A stretch of DNA of 64,000 nt from positions 1,952,001-2,016,000 of the forward strand of contig CBDFMQ010000002.1 of assembly GCA_965249725.1 (NCBI GenBank), written 5' to 3'. The notes beneath the pieces are model-generated. The model saw nothing but the letters and a program-made list of their open reading frames with translations, did no database searches and was not told where the DNA came from. Origin of the DNA: Longimicrobiales bacterium. Lineage in GTDB: Bacteria; Gemmatimonadota; Gemmatimonadetes; Longimicrobiales; Gaopeijiaceae. How positions within the stretch are numbered: position 1 is the first letter of the stretch; every line of letters begins with the position of its first letter. Positions 28,102 to 37,874 of the stretch are shown here, piece after piece. The translations under genes and the position numbers were made by a program.

Positions 28102-29319
28102 TCAGTCCGTAAGAACGGCCGCGATGTCCACCAAAGCCTCTTCCAGCGTCGACCTCTCGATGGTCAGCGGAGGCGCGAAGCGAATGACCTGATGGTGCGT
28201 CTCCTTGGCCAGGATCCCCTTGGCCTGAAGGGCCTCGCAGAACGGTCGCGCCGTTCCCGACGACTCCTTGATGACCACACCGATCATGAGGCCGCGCCCC
28301 CGGACCTCCTCTACGTGCCGTGAGTCGATGGCGCGGAGTTCATCCATGAACCAGCTGCCTAGCTCGTCGGCGCGTTGCGCGAGATTCTCCTCGAGAACCA
28401 CGCGTAGAGAAGCCCTCCCTACCGCGGCACCCAAGGGGTTTCCACCGAACGTCGAGCCGTGATCACCGGGGCGATAGACGTCCATGAACTCCGAGTCGGC
28501 GATGACGGCCGACACCGGGTAAACACCACCACCCAGGGCCTTACCGACGATGAACACGTCGGGCCGGACATCCTCCCATTCGCAGCACATGAAGCGACCG
28601 GTACGACCCATTCCGGTCTGGATCTCGTCGGCAACGAAGGCGATTCCGTGCTCGCGGCAGATCTCGGCGGTGCGGCTCAGGTATCCCTCCGCCGGTACCA
28701 CGACCCCGCCTTCGCCCTGCAGAGGCTCCACGAGGAAGCCGACCGTGTTCTCGGTGATGGCGGCCTCGAGGGCGTCGACGTCACCGTACGGCACCGTCAC
28801 GAACCCCGGCGTGAAGGGTCCGAAGCCCTCTCTGGACTGCTCATCTGAGGAGAATCCGACGATGGTCGTGGTGCGCCCGTGGAAGTTGTTCTCGCAGACG
28901 ATGATCTCTGCCTGCCCCTCAGCCACACCCTTCACCTGGTAGCCCCACTTCCGGACCGTCTTGATGGCGGTCTCGACGGCCTCGGCCCCCGTGTTCATGG
29001 GAAGCGCCTTCTCGAATCCGGTGGCCTCACAGAGCTCCCCGAGGAACGGACCCATCTGGTCGTTGTGAAACGCCCGCGACGTCAGGGTCAGCTTGCCCAT
29101 CTGCTCTTGGGCCGCTCGCATGATGTCCGGGTGGCGGTGTCCTTGATTCAAAGCCGAATAGGCGGCGAGCATGTCGAGATATCGGTTGCCGTCGACGTCC
29201 CAAACCCAAACACCCTCTCCTCGGTCTAAGACGACCGGGAGCGGCTTGTAGTTGTGGGCGCTGAACTGATCAGCCTCACTCAGGTACACGTCGGTTTTTG
29301 AAGCACTGGCTTGAATCAT
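28102..29319 (-). CDS. rocD: Ornithine--oxo-acid aminotransferase
   Basis: HNYKPLP, AYSALNQGH, LTLTSRAF, MNTGAEAVE, DEIQTG, GKALGGG, HGSTFGGNP. Confidence 0.95.
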   Translation of the reverse strand: MIQASASKTDVYLSEADQFSAHNYKPLPVVLDRGEGVWVWDVDGNRYLDMLAAYSALNQGHRHPDIMRAAQEQMGKLTLTSRAFHNDQMGPFLGELCEATGFEKALPMNTGAEAVETAIKTVRKWGYQVKGVAEGQAEIIVCENNFHGRTTTIVGFSSDEQSREGFGPFTPGFVTVPYGDVDALEAAITENTVGFLVEPLQGEGGVVVPAEGYLSRTAEICREHGIAFVADEIQTGMGRTGRFMCCEWEDVRPDVFIVGKALGGGVYPVSAVIADSEFMDVYRPGDHGSTFGGNPLGAAVGRASLRVVLEENLAQRADELGSWFMDELRAIDSRHVEEVRGRGLMIGVVIKESSGTARPFCEALQAKGILAKETHHQVIRFAPPLTIERSTLEEALVDIAAVLTD

Positions 29320-29388
29320 GGAACCCTCACGTGACGTCTTTCGAACGCCGTCTTGGGATGAAACGCCGGATGGACGAATGTATCGGCG

Positions 29389-29428
29389 TAATCATAATAA
29401 TAACATCAGAATTAATAATAATACAACA
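29389..29428 (-). promoter_or_regulatory. AT-rich tandem operator-like element upstream of rocD (ARG-box-like)
   Basis: TGTATTATTATTAA and GTTATTATTATGAT 21 bp apart in an otherwise GC-rich region. Confidence 0.4.
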
Positions 29429-29458
29429 CCCATTGCTACGATCACTTAATAGGATAAC

Positions 29459-30421
29459 TCAAGCCCCTTCCTCAGGGTAAGCAACCGGGGCCTGTTCCTG
29501 CTCGTTCACCTCGAGGCGGAAGACGTCGGGTCTCGCGTAGTGGCCGACCACGTCGAAGTCGAACTTCCCGCGTACCACGGCCCCCATATCGAGCTCCGCC
29601 ATGAGGATGCCTTCAGCGTCGAAGAGTGGACCGGCCAAGCATTCACCCGCCGGATCGTAGATGGCGCTGCCTCCGCGGCACAGTGTCTCCGGCCAGGTCT
29701 CGAGTTCTCCGGAGATCTCGAGGTCGTCCGGGTACATGTCGCGGGTCACGAACTGGTTGCACCCCAACACGAAGCAGCGCCCTTCCAGGGCAATATGCTG
29801 GAGCGTTCCCTGCCAACGGCCGCGGGAATCGGCGGTCGGGGCCAGGTAGATTTCGACGCCCTTGCCGTACATGGCCATACGGGCCAGCGGCATGTAGTTC
29901 TCCCAGCAGATCAGGCCGCCCACCCGGCCGAACGGCGCGTCGACCGTCGTCAGCGTGCTGCCGTCTCCCTCTCCCCAGATCACTCGCTCGGCCGCGGTCG
30001 GCTTGAGCTTTCTGTGCTTGCCCAGCAGCGAGCCATTGGGGCCGAAGTAGAGCAACGTGCAGAACAGGGTGCCGCCGCTATACGTGGAATCCCGCTCGAC
30101 GACCCCTACGACCAGGTACACCCCGGCCTCCCGGGCCACCTCTCCCATTCGCTGCGTCGCGGGGCCCGGCACTTCTACCGCTGTATCCCAGTAGCGCTGC
30201 CAGACACGCCGGCCTGCGTCTGTCCGGCCTCCTACGGCGGTCCCGAAGGCCAACCCCCAGGGGTAGCCTCCGACATAGGCCTCGGGAAACACCACCAATC
30301 CCGCTCCGTCTTGCGCCGCTTTGGTGGTGAGTTCGGCAACCCTCTCGGTCGTTGCCTCCCTGTCGAAGAAGACGGGGGACGCTTGCACGACGGCGGCCAT
30401 CACCTTGCGATTCTCAGTCAC
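29459..30421 (-). CDS. Nitrilase (carbon-nitrogen hydrolase)
   Basis: FPEA, HRKLKPT, ICWEN catalytic triad; DVVGHYARPD. Confidence 0.93.
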   Translation of the reverse strand: MTENRKVMAAVVQASPVFFDREATTERVAELTTKAAQDGAGLVVFPEAYVGGYPWGLAFGTAVGGRTDAGRRVWQRYWDTAVEVPGPATQRMGEVAREAGVYLVVGVVERDSTYSGGTLFCTLLYFGPNGSLLGKHRKLKPTAAERVIWGEGDGSTLTTVDAPFGRVGGLICWENYMPLARMAMYGKGVEIYLAPTADSRGRWQGTLQHIALEGRCFVLGCNQFVTRDMYPDDLEISGELETWPETLCRGGSAIYDPAGECLAGPLFDAEGILMAELDMGAVVRGKFDFDVVGHYARPDVFRLEVNEQEQAPVAYPEEGA

Positions 30422-30474
30422 TTCAGCACCTCTGTCAGCGTTTCTTGTCAGCGGTTTCTGTCAGCGCTGTATGC

Positions 30475-31419
30475 TCAGCGGTTCCGGTACACGAACTCAG
30501 CCACCACGTCCCCTACCATGAGCAGGGTCTGGGCGCTGGTATTGTCGGGGGTGTCATCGGGTGTGTGCCAAAGGCCGTTCCTCGGCCCGTAATCGAAGTC
30601 GATGATGTCGATCGTGGGGATCCCGACGTCGATGAGCTTCAAGTGATCGTCCACCACTCGGGCCGTCTCGTCGAGGGGGAAGTAGCGTCGATAGCCCAAG
30701 TCCGCAGCGATTCCCCACACCCGCTGGACGAGCTGCGGTGCGGCCTCGAGAGAGTAGGCCTCCACGGGGAACCGGGCGTCGGCGTCACCCACCATGTCGA
30801 GAAGTACGGCCAAGTCGGGGGGATCATCCGTGCCCCGTCCCGCGGCATAGTGCGCGGCGCCCAGGAACATGTCGGCGGTCGTGGGCCCGTAGTCCTCTCC
30901 GTCGCTGAAGAGGAGGTCTACGCCCCCGGGAGGAGCCTGCTCCGCGAACACGCGCGCCAACTCGAGAAGCACCGCGGTGCCGGAGGCACCGTCGTTGGCG
31001 CCAGGCACCGGCATCTCTTGATCCTCGTCGCCCCTGCTCTGGTCGGCCTTCGGGCGCGTGTCCCAATGCGTGAGCAGAAGAAGGCGACGATCGGTCTCCA
31101 TACCGAAGCGGGCGATAACGTTGGTGAGCGTAAGGGTCTCACCGCCGGTGGTGACATGCTCGAACTCGTCGACGAACACCGTGTCCGCGAGGCCTTCGAG
31201 CCGCTCGACCATCCACTTGAGTTGCCTGATGTGGCCCTCCTCCTCGGGCACCCGGGGTCCGAAGGCCACCTGGGCCCTTAGATCGGCAAACGCCCTCGTG
31301 CCGTCGAACGCGGGGCGATCCACGCGAACGCTGACGGTGGATGGTCCACTGTCGTCCGCCCCGCCACACGCCGCGACCGCCAGGAATAGCGCCAATATCA
31401 GGGGCCGTCTCGTCGTCAC
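30475..31419 (-). CDS. M28 peptidase / glutaminyl cyclase-like lipoprotein
   Basis: HWDTRP, GANDGASG, DGED, DMVG, DDH, WHT. Confidence 0.88.
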   Translation of the reverse strand: MTTRRPLILALFLAVAACGGADDSGPSTVSVRVDRPAFDGTRAFADLRAQVAFGPRVPEEEGHIRQLKWMVERLEGLADTVFVDEFEHVTTGGETLTLTNVIARFGMETDRRLLLLTHWDTRPKADQSRGDEDQEMPVPGANDGASGTAVLLELARVFAEQAPPGGVDLLFSDGEDYGPTTADMFLGAAHYAAGRGTDDPPDLAVLLDMVGDADARFPVEAYSLEAAPQLVQRVWGIAADLGYRRYFPLDETARVVDDHLKLIDVGIPTIDIIDFDYGPRNGLWHTPDDTPDNTSAQTLLMVGDVVAEFVYRNR

Positions 31420-31615
31420 GTAATCCTCACGGTGGGTCGTTCCGGTTGGCCACGAAATCGGCCCTGTGGCCAGGTCGTGCCCACGCCTCTAGGGGCCTGA
31501 AAACCTCGTTTCCGGTCAGGCCGACAATCTCACGGAAAGGGGGTCAGGGGTCCAGTCTCGACGGGCCTTCAGCGCCGTGCCTCAACCCGGGTCCTCAGGC
31601 AAACATCATACGAGC

Positions 31616-31629
31616 GTGATAGACATCAC
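31616..31629. promoter_or_regulatory. CRP/FNR-type palindrome GTGAT-N4-ATCAC
   Basis: gtgatagacatcac in intergenic DNA. Confidence 0.4.
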
Positions 31630-31756
31630 CTCCGTGTAGGGAGTTGTACTACATCACCATCGACCAACCCCCTACAGACTCGGTATTCACCCCCGCCGAT
31701 GTTGAGTTCATAGCATTTTCTGCCGGCAGGAAGTCAACCTTGGCGGGCAAAGGCTA

Positions 31757-32080
31757 GTGGGGGCCGTGGGGTGGACCCAGCAAGGGCGCAGCTTCGACGG
31801 CGTCCGGGCCCGCTTCAATCAGTCGTGGGGCTCAGTGGACCTTATGGGCTATCAGACCATGGACGCGGTGGCCTCGAGCGTTAACGATAATGCCACCTTC
31901 TGGGGTTTTTACGCCGTGATCGACGCCGGCAATGCGGGCAACTTGGACCTTTACACCTTCCACCAAGCCGTGGACGCGGGAGCCGACACCGACCAGACCA
32001 GCTTCGGAGCGCGCTTCGCCGGCAAGACGGGCGGGGTGAGCTACCGAGGTGAGGCCACGATTCAAACCGGTACCCGCTCA
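31757..32080 (+). pseudogene. Internal fragment of an alginate-export-family outer-membrane beta-barrel
   Basis: GAVGWTQQGRSFDGVR...YRGEATIQTG pattern; no signal peptide; the ORF then reads into the antisense of sufE. Confidence 0.6.
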
Positions 32081-32497
32081 ACCATCGGCGGCAAGCGCCT
32101 CCACAGCACGCTCACGGATCTTCTGGTTCATCGAATAGAATCCGTTTCGTCGGTTGACCGAGAGATGCTGACCCAGGTCGAGACCTTCGAAGAGGCCCTC
32201 CACATCAGCCGACAGGATCTCTTCGGCCGTCTTGTCCGCGTACATGAGAAACAGTACGGAGATGAGTCCCTTCACGATGTGTGCGTCGCTGTCCGCACGG
32301 AGCTGCAGCTTGCCATCGTCGGAGGTTCCCAACGAAACGAGCCACACCTGGCTCAGGCAGCCGGGCACCACGTGATCCTGGTCCCGGTTCTCCTCCGGAT
32401 ACGGCTCGAGCTTGCGGCCCAGTTGGATGAGGTAGCGATACCGGTCCTCCCATGAGAGGAGCCGATTGAAGCGCTCGACGAATTCGTCCGGTGTCAC
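32078..32497 (-). CDS. sufE: SufE family sulfur acceptor
   Basis: WEDRYRYLIQLG, VPGCLSQVW, DSDAHIVKG, LS..R.NG. Confidence 0.92.
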   Translation of the reverse strand: MTPDEFVERFNRLLSWEDRYRYLIQLGRKLEPYPEENRDQDHVVPGCLSQVWLVSLGTSDDGKLQLRADSDAHIVKGLISVLFLMYADKTAEEILSADVEGLFEGLDLGQHLSVNRRNGFYSMNQKIRERAVEALAADG

Positions 32498-32707
32498 GTG
32501 CTTGGTATTCCTTTGTCGCGGCTCTTTGTCGCCGACAGGACTCGACCAGTGGGCGGCCATCCATCGGCTAGAACCCCGTGGCCTCGCCGGGGTTTCTTCC
32601 GGATGGGGGCCCGCGTATCCTCCCGAGCGACTCTCGGAGGCGGTGGAACGCCTCTAGGGCTGCTACTGCGAAGCCCTCACGACCCGGAACGGCGACCGGA
32701 GCCCACT

Positions 32708-33031
32708 ATGAGCACTCCACCCCTCGACGTGCTGGAACAAGCGGACGATTGGAGGACCCAGGGCTTGGGTGTGGCCCTGGCGACCGTCGTCCGCACCTGG
32801 GGCTCGGCTCCCCGGCAACCCGGCAGCCAGATGTGCATCAACGAGCTAGGGCACTTCGTGGGCTCGGTTTCGGGCGGATGCGTAGAGGGCGCCGTCGTGC
32901 AGGAAGCTCAGGAGGTCATGGCCCAAGGGGGCACGAAGCTCCTGAAGTACGGCGTGACCGATGAGCAGGCGTGGGAGGTGGGACTCGCATGCGGAGGCGA
33001 AGTCGAGATCTACGTGGAGTCCGTGGAGTGA
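32708..33031 (+). CDS. XdhC/CoxI family protein, N-terminal module
   Basis: ATVV.TWGSAPR.PG, GSVSGGCVE, GLACGG. Confidence 0.9.
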   Translation: MSTPPLDVLEQADDWRTQGLGVALATVVRTWGSAPRQPGSQMCINELGHFVGSVSGGCVEGAVVQEAQEVMAQGGTKLLKYGVTDEQAWEVGLACGGEVEIYVESVE

Positions 33032-33720
33032 ACGCCGAACTCCTCGCCCAACTGGTCCAAGATCGGCGGAGCGGTCGGGCCGTTGTCCTAGCGACCAACC
33101 TGGAGAGTGGCGCGCAGGTCCTTCTCTACCCGCTGGAATCAGGACCGGAGGACGTCGGGCCCCTTCGCGACGCCGCGCGACAGGCACTCCTGAACGACCG
33201 GTCCCAACCTGTGGACGACGTCGACGGCCGACATTTCCTGCAGGTACACAACCCACCTCATAGGATGGTGGTCGTAGGAGCCGTCCACATCGCGCAGCCC
33301 TTGACCCAGATGGCAAAACACGCCGGCTTTCAAGTCACGCTCGTCGACCCCCGCGAGTCCTTCAATTCCGAGGCTCGCTTTCCCGGTGTCGACCGCCGGG
33401 TGTCCTGGCCCGACGCCGCTCTGGTCGACCTGGAACTCGATCATCGGACCGCCGTGGTGACGCTCACCCACGACCCGAAGCTCGACGACCCCGCGCTCAT
33501 GGCCGCCCTGAGCAGCCCCGCCTTTTATGTCGGAGCGTTGGGAAGTCGCAAGACCCATGGCCGTCGCCTCGAGCGACTGGCCGAGGCCGGGTTCGACGAC
33601 GATGCAGTATCGAGGATCCACGGACCGGTGGGGCTAGACATCGGGGCGCGCACCCCGGGTGAGATCGCCGCGGCGATCCTCGCCCAGGTCATCGGAGAGC
33701 TGCGGCGAAGCGTCGCATGA
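33028..33720 (+). CDS. XdhC family protein, Rossmann module
   Basis: VGAVHIA, THDPKLDD, YVGALGSR, GPVGLDIGA.TP.EIA; GTGA overlap. Confidence 0.9.
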   Translation: MNAELLAQLVQDRRSGRAVVLATNLESGAQVLLYPLESGPEDVGPLRDAARQALLNDRSQPVDDVDGRHFLQVHNPPHRMVVVGAVHIAQPLTQMAKHAGFQVTLVDPRESFNSEARFPGVDRRVSWPDAALVDLELDHRTAVVTLTHDPKLDDPALMAALSSPAFYVGALGSRKTHGRRLERLAEAGFDDDAVSRIHGPVGLDIGARTPGEIAAAILAQVIGELRRSVA

Positions 33721-34379
33721 TCCACGACGCGGCCCTAGCACCGGAGCGCCACGCGGATGACCCCTCGGGGGTCGTATGCCTGGTGCTGGCGGCGGGATCA
33801 TCCACCCGCATGGGGGACCGGAACAAGCTTCTGGAGCCGATCGACGGCACGCCCATGGTTACTGGTGTGGCCCGCGCCGCGGTGGCGTCCCGGGCCGACG
33901 CGGTCCTGGTCGTCACGGGCGAGGACCGTGAGGGCGTGGAAGCTTGTCTGCGGAAGGTCCCGGTCGATCTCGTCTGGAATCCGAACCACGTCAACGGGCT
34001 CAGCACGTCGGTTCGCGCGGGAGTCGCGGCCCTCCCGGAGGGCACAAAGGCCGTCGTAGTCTGTCTCGGCGACATGCCGCGTGTGCTCCCTCGCCACATC
34101 GACTCGCTGGTACAGGCCTTCCTCGAGGACCCGGACGGATCCATCTTCGTGCCCACCTGGCAAGGTCGGAGAGGGAACCCGGTGCTCTGGAGGGCGAACA
34201 TGCTCCCCGAGTTCGCGGAGCTCTCCGGGGACGAGGGTGCCAGAGTGCTCATGTCCCGCCATCCGACCGAGCTGCGCGAGGTCCCGGTGGACGCCCCTGG
34301 CATTCTCACCGACGTGGACACACCCGAGGCCCTCCGAGACCTGACCACAACAATTGCGAACCGGACCAACGAGAAATGA
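33717..34379 (+). CDS. mocA: Molybdenum cofactor cytidylyltransferase (MocA-like)
   Basis: LAAGSSTRMG..NKLL, LGDMP, GNPV, DVDTPE. Confidence 0.85.
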   Translation: MIHDAALAPERHADDPSGVVCLVLAAGSSTRMGDRNKLLEPIDGTPMVTGVARAAVASRADAVLVVTGEDREGVEACLRKVPVDLVWNPNHVNGLSTSVRAGVAALPEGTKAVVVCLGDMPRVLPRHIDSLVQAFLEDPDGSIFVPTWQGRRGNPVLWRANMLPEFAELSGDEGARVLMSRHPTELREVPVDAPGILTDVDTPEALRDLTTTIANRTNEK

Positions 34380-34426
34380 ACACGCCTGCGATGTCGCCTT
34401 CCTGCGACCGAGACGGTTAGGGCCGA

Positions 34427-34990
34427 ATGTCCTCTCTGAGAATCGAAGAGCGTTTCGAGCTGGACGCACCGGCGGACGGCGCCTGGGAGTACCTCACCCA
34501 CCCGGAGCGCATCGTCGTATGCCTGCCGGGAGCCGAGCTGACCGAGGTCATCGATGAGCGCAACTACGCCGGAGGCGTCAAGGTAAAGCTGGGCGCCGTA
34601 GCCATGGAGTACCACGGCACGATCCAGTTCGTCGAGGTGGACGCGGAACGGCGCCTCATCCGGATGGAGGGCAAGGGCAACGAGAAGCGCGGCGGCGGCA
34701 CGGCCACGCTGACCATGGAGAGCGCCGTCCACGAACTCGAGGGTGGCCGCTCGGCCGTCACGGTGGTCGCGGACATCCAATTGGCGGGCAAGATCGTCCG
34801 ATTCGGTAGGGGTATGATCCAAGCCGTCACGGCCGAGGTCTTCAAGGACTTCACGGTCCGTCTGGCGGAAGAGTTGGAGGCGAGTAGACCGGTTGGCGCC
34901 GGCACCTCTAGCCCGGAGTCGCTGCCTCTGCTCCCGCTTCTACTGCGGTCGTTCCGATCGTGGCTCCGGCGCCTCTTCGGAAGCGAGTAG
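34427..34990 (+). CDS. coxG: CoxG / SRPBCC family protein
   Basis: CLPGA.L, VKLG, L.GK...FGRG. Confidence 0.85.
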   Translation: MSSLRIEERFELDAPADGAWEYLTHPERIVVCLPGAELTEVIDERNYAGGVKVKLGAVAMEYHGTIQFVEVDAERRLIRMEGKGNEKRGGGTATLTMESAVHELEGGRSAVTVVADIQLAGKIVRFGRGMIQAVTAEVFKDFTVRLAEELEASRPVGAGTSSPESLPLLPLLLRSFRSWLRRLFGSE

Positions 34991-36161
34991 GCGGCCGGGT
35001 CAACGCCTGTGCAAGCTCCCGTAAGCTGTTCAGGCTGTGCACCGACCGGAAGTCGTCGACGTGTGGAAGGATGGCCTTGATGCCCTGCGCCTCCGCCCGG
35101 AATGCGTCATAGCGCAGCAGCGGATTCAGCCAGATCAGTCGGCGGCACGAGCGGTGGAGGCGGTCCATCGCGGCGCTCAGTCCGTCGGCCCCTTCCCTGT
35201 CGAGCCCATCGGTGATCAGAAGGACCACGGCTCCCTGCCCCAGCACGCGTCGGGACCAGTGCCGATTGAACTCTTCGATACAGGCCCCGATGCGCGTGCC
35301 CCCGTCCCAGTCCTCAACGACGTGGCCGAGACGGTCCAATGCCACGTCGACGTCCCGATGCCGAAGGTGACGGGTGGCGTTGGTCAGGCGGGTCCCGAAG
35401 AGGAACGTGTGCACCCGATCCCTGTCGTTCGTCAGCGCATGCAGGAAGTGCAGCAGCATCCGCGTATAGCCGGTCATCGAGCCGGAGATGTCGCACAAAG
35501 CCACCAAAGTCGGAGGTCGGCGACGCCTGATGCGCCACTCCAAGGGGATCGTCGCTCCGCCCGTTTGAAGCGTGGTACGATGGGTACGACGCAGGTCCAC
35601 CTCCGATCCGGACGGGTGCGGTCGACGCCGCCGGGTCGGCAGGTCCCGGATGGGGAGTCGCATGCGAGCGATCGCTTCGCGGGCGGCCTCGATCTCGCCG
35701 ACGGACATCTGCTCGAAGTCCTTTTCCGATAAGGCCTCACGGTCCGAAAAGGTCATCCGCAAGTCTGCCTCGACCCGCTCACGTTCAGGGTCCATCACGG
35801 AGCCGCCCTCGGCCCAGGCCTCGGCTAGGCGCCGTTGCAGAGGAGGCGGCTCTCGTGTCGGCACCTTCGAGAGAGCGAGTAGCTCCTCCAAAACGGCGTT
35901 CGAGGGAGGTCGGTCGGACCAGAAGAGCTTGAACGCCTCAAGAAAGATCAGCCTCTGCTCGCCCCGCCTCACGAAGACTGCGTGGAGAGCCCAGTAGAAC
36001 TCGTCCGGACGAGTGACATCCACAGCCGCGAGGGCCGTCAGGGCGTTCAGGACGTCTCCCGGACCGGAGGGGAGCCCGGCCCGTCTCAGCAACCGGGCGA
36101 AGTCCGTCACCCGTTGGGCGAACCGATCGCCCCAAGGACGAGCGTCCTCGAAGTCAGCCAA
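34908..36161 (-). CDS. coxE: CoxE-like vWA protein
   Basis: DISGSM, FGTRLT, GGTRIG, TDGLD, WLNPL; start uncertain (TTG 36161). Confidence 0.88.
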   Translation of the reverse strand: MADFEDARPWGDRFAQRVTDFARLLRRAGLPSGPGDVLNALTALAAVDVTRPDEFYWALHAVFVRRGEQRLIFLEAFKLFWSDRPPSNAVLEELLALSKVPTREPPPLQRRLAEAWAEGGSVMDPERERVEADLRMTFSDREALSEKDFEQMSVGEIEAAREAIARMRLPIRDLPTRRRRPHPSGSEVDLRRTHRTTLQTGGATIPLEWRIRRRRPPTLVALCDISGSMTGYTRMLLHFLHALTNDRDRVHTFLFGTRLTNATRHLRHRDVDVALDRLGHVVEDWDGGTRIGACIEEFNRHWSRRVLGQGAVVLLITDGLDREGADGLSAAMDRLHRSCRRLIWLNPLLRYDAFRAEAQGIKAILPHVDDFRSVHSLNSLRELAQALTRPPTRFRRGAGATIGTTAVEAGAEAATPG

Positions 36162-37077
36162 CTTCCTGCAGAATGGCCTCGACCGGTTCACCGCGAACCC
36201 GAGCCAGGTCATCCTCGTACTTGAGCAGTACGCCCAGCGTCTCGTTGACTACCTCGTGGTCCAGGCTGGACCGCCCCAAGGTCAACAACGCCCGAGTCCA
36301 GTCGATCGATTCAGCGAGGCCGGGCAACTTGAAGAGATCTTCCTCACGCAGGCGCTGAACGAAGTCGACCACCTGGCGCGTGAACTCCTCTCCCGCCTCC
36401 GGAACGCGTAGCGCTACGATCTCTGTCTCCCGATCTCGGGTCGGATAGTCGATCCAGTGGTAGAAGCAGCGACGCTTAAGGGCGTCGTGGATCTCTCGGG
36501 TGCGGTTGGACGTGATGATCACGATGGGCGGCTCTTTCGCCTTGATCGTGCCCACCTCGGGAACGGTGATCTGGAAATCGGACAGCATCTCCAGAAGGAA
36601 CGCCTCGAACGGTTCGTCCGTGCGATCCAGCTCGTCGATGAGGAGCACGGGCGGCCCTTCGGGACGAGCCGCGAGCGCCTCGAGCAAAGGCCGGTGAATC
36701 AAGAACTCGTCGGAGAACACGTCCGACTCGAGCCTGGCTCGGTCCGTGACCCCCGCCGCTTCGGCGATCCGGATCTCGATCATCTGGCGCGCATAGTTCC
36801 ACTCGTAGACGGCGGACGACACGTCCAGGCCCTCATAACACTGCAGGCGGATCAGGTGACGATTCAGCCCCGAGGCCAGCACCTTGCCCACCTCGGTCTT
36901 GCCGACTCCCGCCTCTCCCTCGAGGAAGAGAGGCCTGCCCAGGCTCAGCGACAGGTAGACTGCCGTGGCGAGAGATCGGTCCGCCACATAACACTCCTCA
37001 TGCAGGAGCGTCAGTGTGTCCTCGACGGAGTCCGGGTTCGCGACGCGGTTCTCTATGCGTACGCCTCCACTATGCAC
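36154..37077 (-). CDS. coxD: CoxD-like MoxR AAA+ ATPase
   Basis: [37 protein letters not shown]; start uncertain. Confidence 0.9.
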   Translation of the reverse strand: MHSGGVRIENRVANPDSVEDTLTLLHEECYVADRSLATAVYLSLSLGRPLFLEGEAGVGKTEVGKVLASGLNRHLIRLQCYEGLDVSSAVYEWNYARQMIEIRIAEAAGVTDRARLESDVFSDEFLIHRPLLEALAARPEGPPVLLIDELDRTDEPFEAFLLEMLSDFQITVPEVGTIKAKEPPIVIITSNRTREIHDALKRRCFYHWIDYPTRDRETEIVALRVPEAGEEFTRQVVDFVQRLREEDLFKLPGLAESIDWTRALLTLGRSSLDHEVVNETLGVLLKYEDDLARVRGEPVEAILQEVG

Positions 37078-37864
37078 ACGCCTCCACGGCCCGGCGGGCC
37101 ATGACTCCGACGAGGTGCGCTCTGTACTCCGCGCTGGCGTCCGTATCCGACACCAGGCCATCCTGGTCCAAGCCGACACCGTCGAGGGCGTTGGCCGAGA
37201 AATCGGACGTCAGAACATCTTCGAGGCCGCCTGCTCGAAAGACCTTATATCCCGCACCGGAAACCGCCACGCGGACCGCCCCACCACCCTGTGCCACCAT
37301 GACGCCGGTGATGGCGTACTTGGAGGCGGGGTTGGGGAACTTGGCATAGGCTGCCCGATCGGGGATCGGGAAACGCACGGACGTGATGATCTCGTCGTCT
37401 TCGAGAGGTGTCTCGAACATGCCGACGAAGAAGTCCTCGGCGGCGATCTCGCGACGAGCGGTGACGACCGTAGCACCGAGGGCGACGAGGGCGGCCGGAT
37501 AGTCGGCCGCAGGATCACTGTGCGCCACCGAGCCGCCTAGTGTGCCGCGGTTCCGCACCTGAGGATCGCCGATGTCGCCGGCGAGGTCCGCAAGAGCCGG
37601 AATGGCGCCCCGCACATCGGCGGAGGCGCTCACCTCGGCGTGGGTCATCGCTGCTCCGATCGACAGCGTATCGCCGTCGCTCTGAATCCCTCGGAGCTCC
37701 TCGATTCCCGCGAGAGACACCAAGTCGCTCGGCGCCGCCATATCCAGCTTCATGACGGGGAGCAGACTCTGACCACCGGCCAGGAACTTGCCGGCGTCGG
37801 AGCCTCGGATGGCCTCCTGGGCCTCGGCCAACGTGCCGGGGCGATGGAATGTGAAGTTATCCAT
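37070..37864 (-). CDS. coxM: Xanthine/CO dehydrogenase family FAD subunit (M)
   Basis: [23 protein letters not shown]. Confidence 0.9.
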   Translation of the reverse strand: MDNFTFHRPGTLAEAQEAIRGSDAGKFLAGGQSLLPVMKLDMAAPSDLVSLAGIEELRGIQSDGDTLSIGAAMTHAEVSASADVRGAIPALADLAGDIGDPQVRNRGTLGGSVAHSDPAADYPAALVALGATVVTARREIAAEDFFVGMFETPLEDDEIITSVRFPIPDRAAYAKFPNPASKYAITGVMVAQGGGAVRVAVSGAGYKVFRAGGLEDVLTSDFSANALDGVGLDQDGLVSDTDASAEYRAHLVGVMARRAVEACA

Positions 37865-37874
37865 GGTCTTCCCC

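Noticed and set aside
32708..33720. Frameshifted xdhC pseudogene
   Set aside because: Clean GTGA stop/start overlap with an RBS-like GGAG; split XdhC pairs are a known arrangement.
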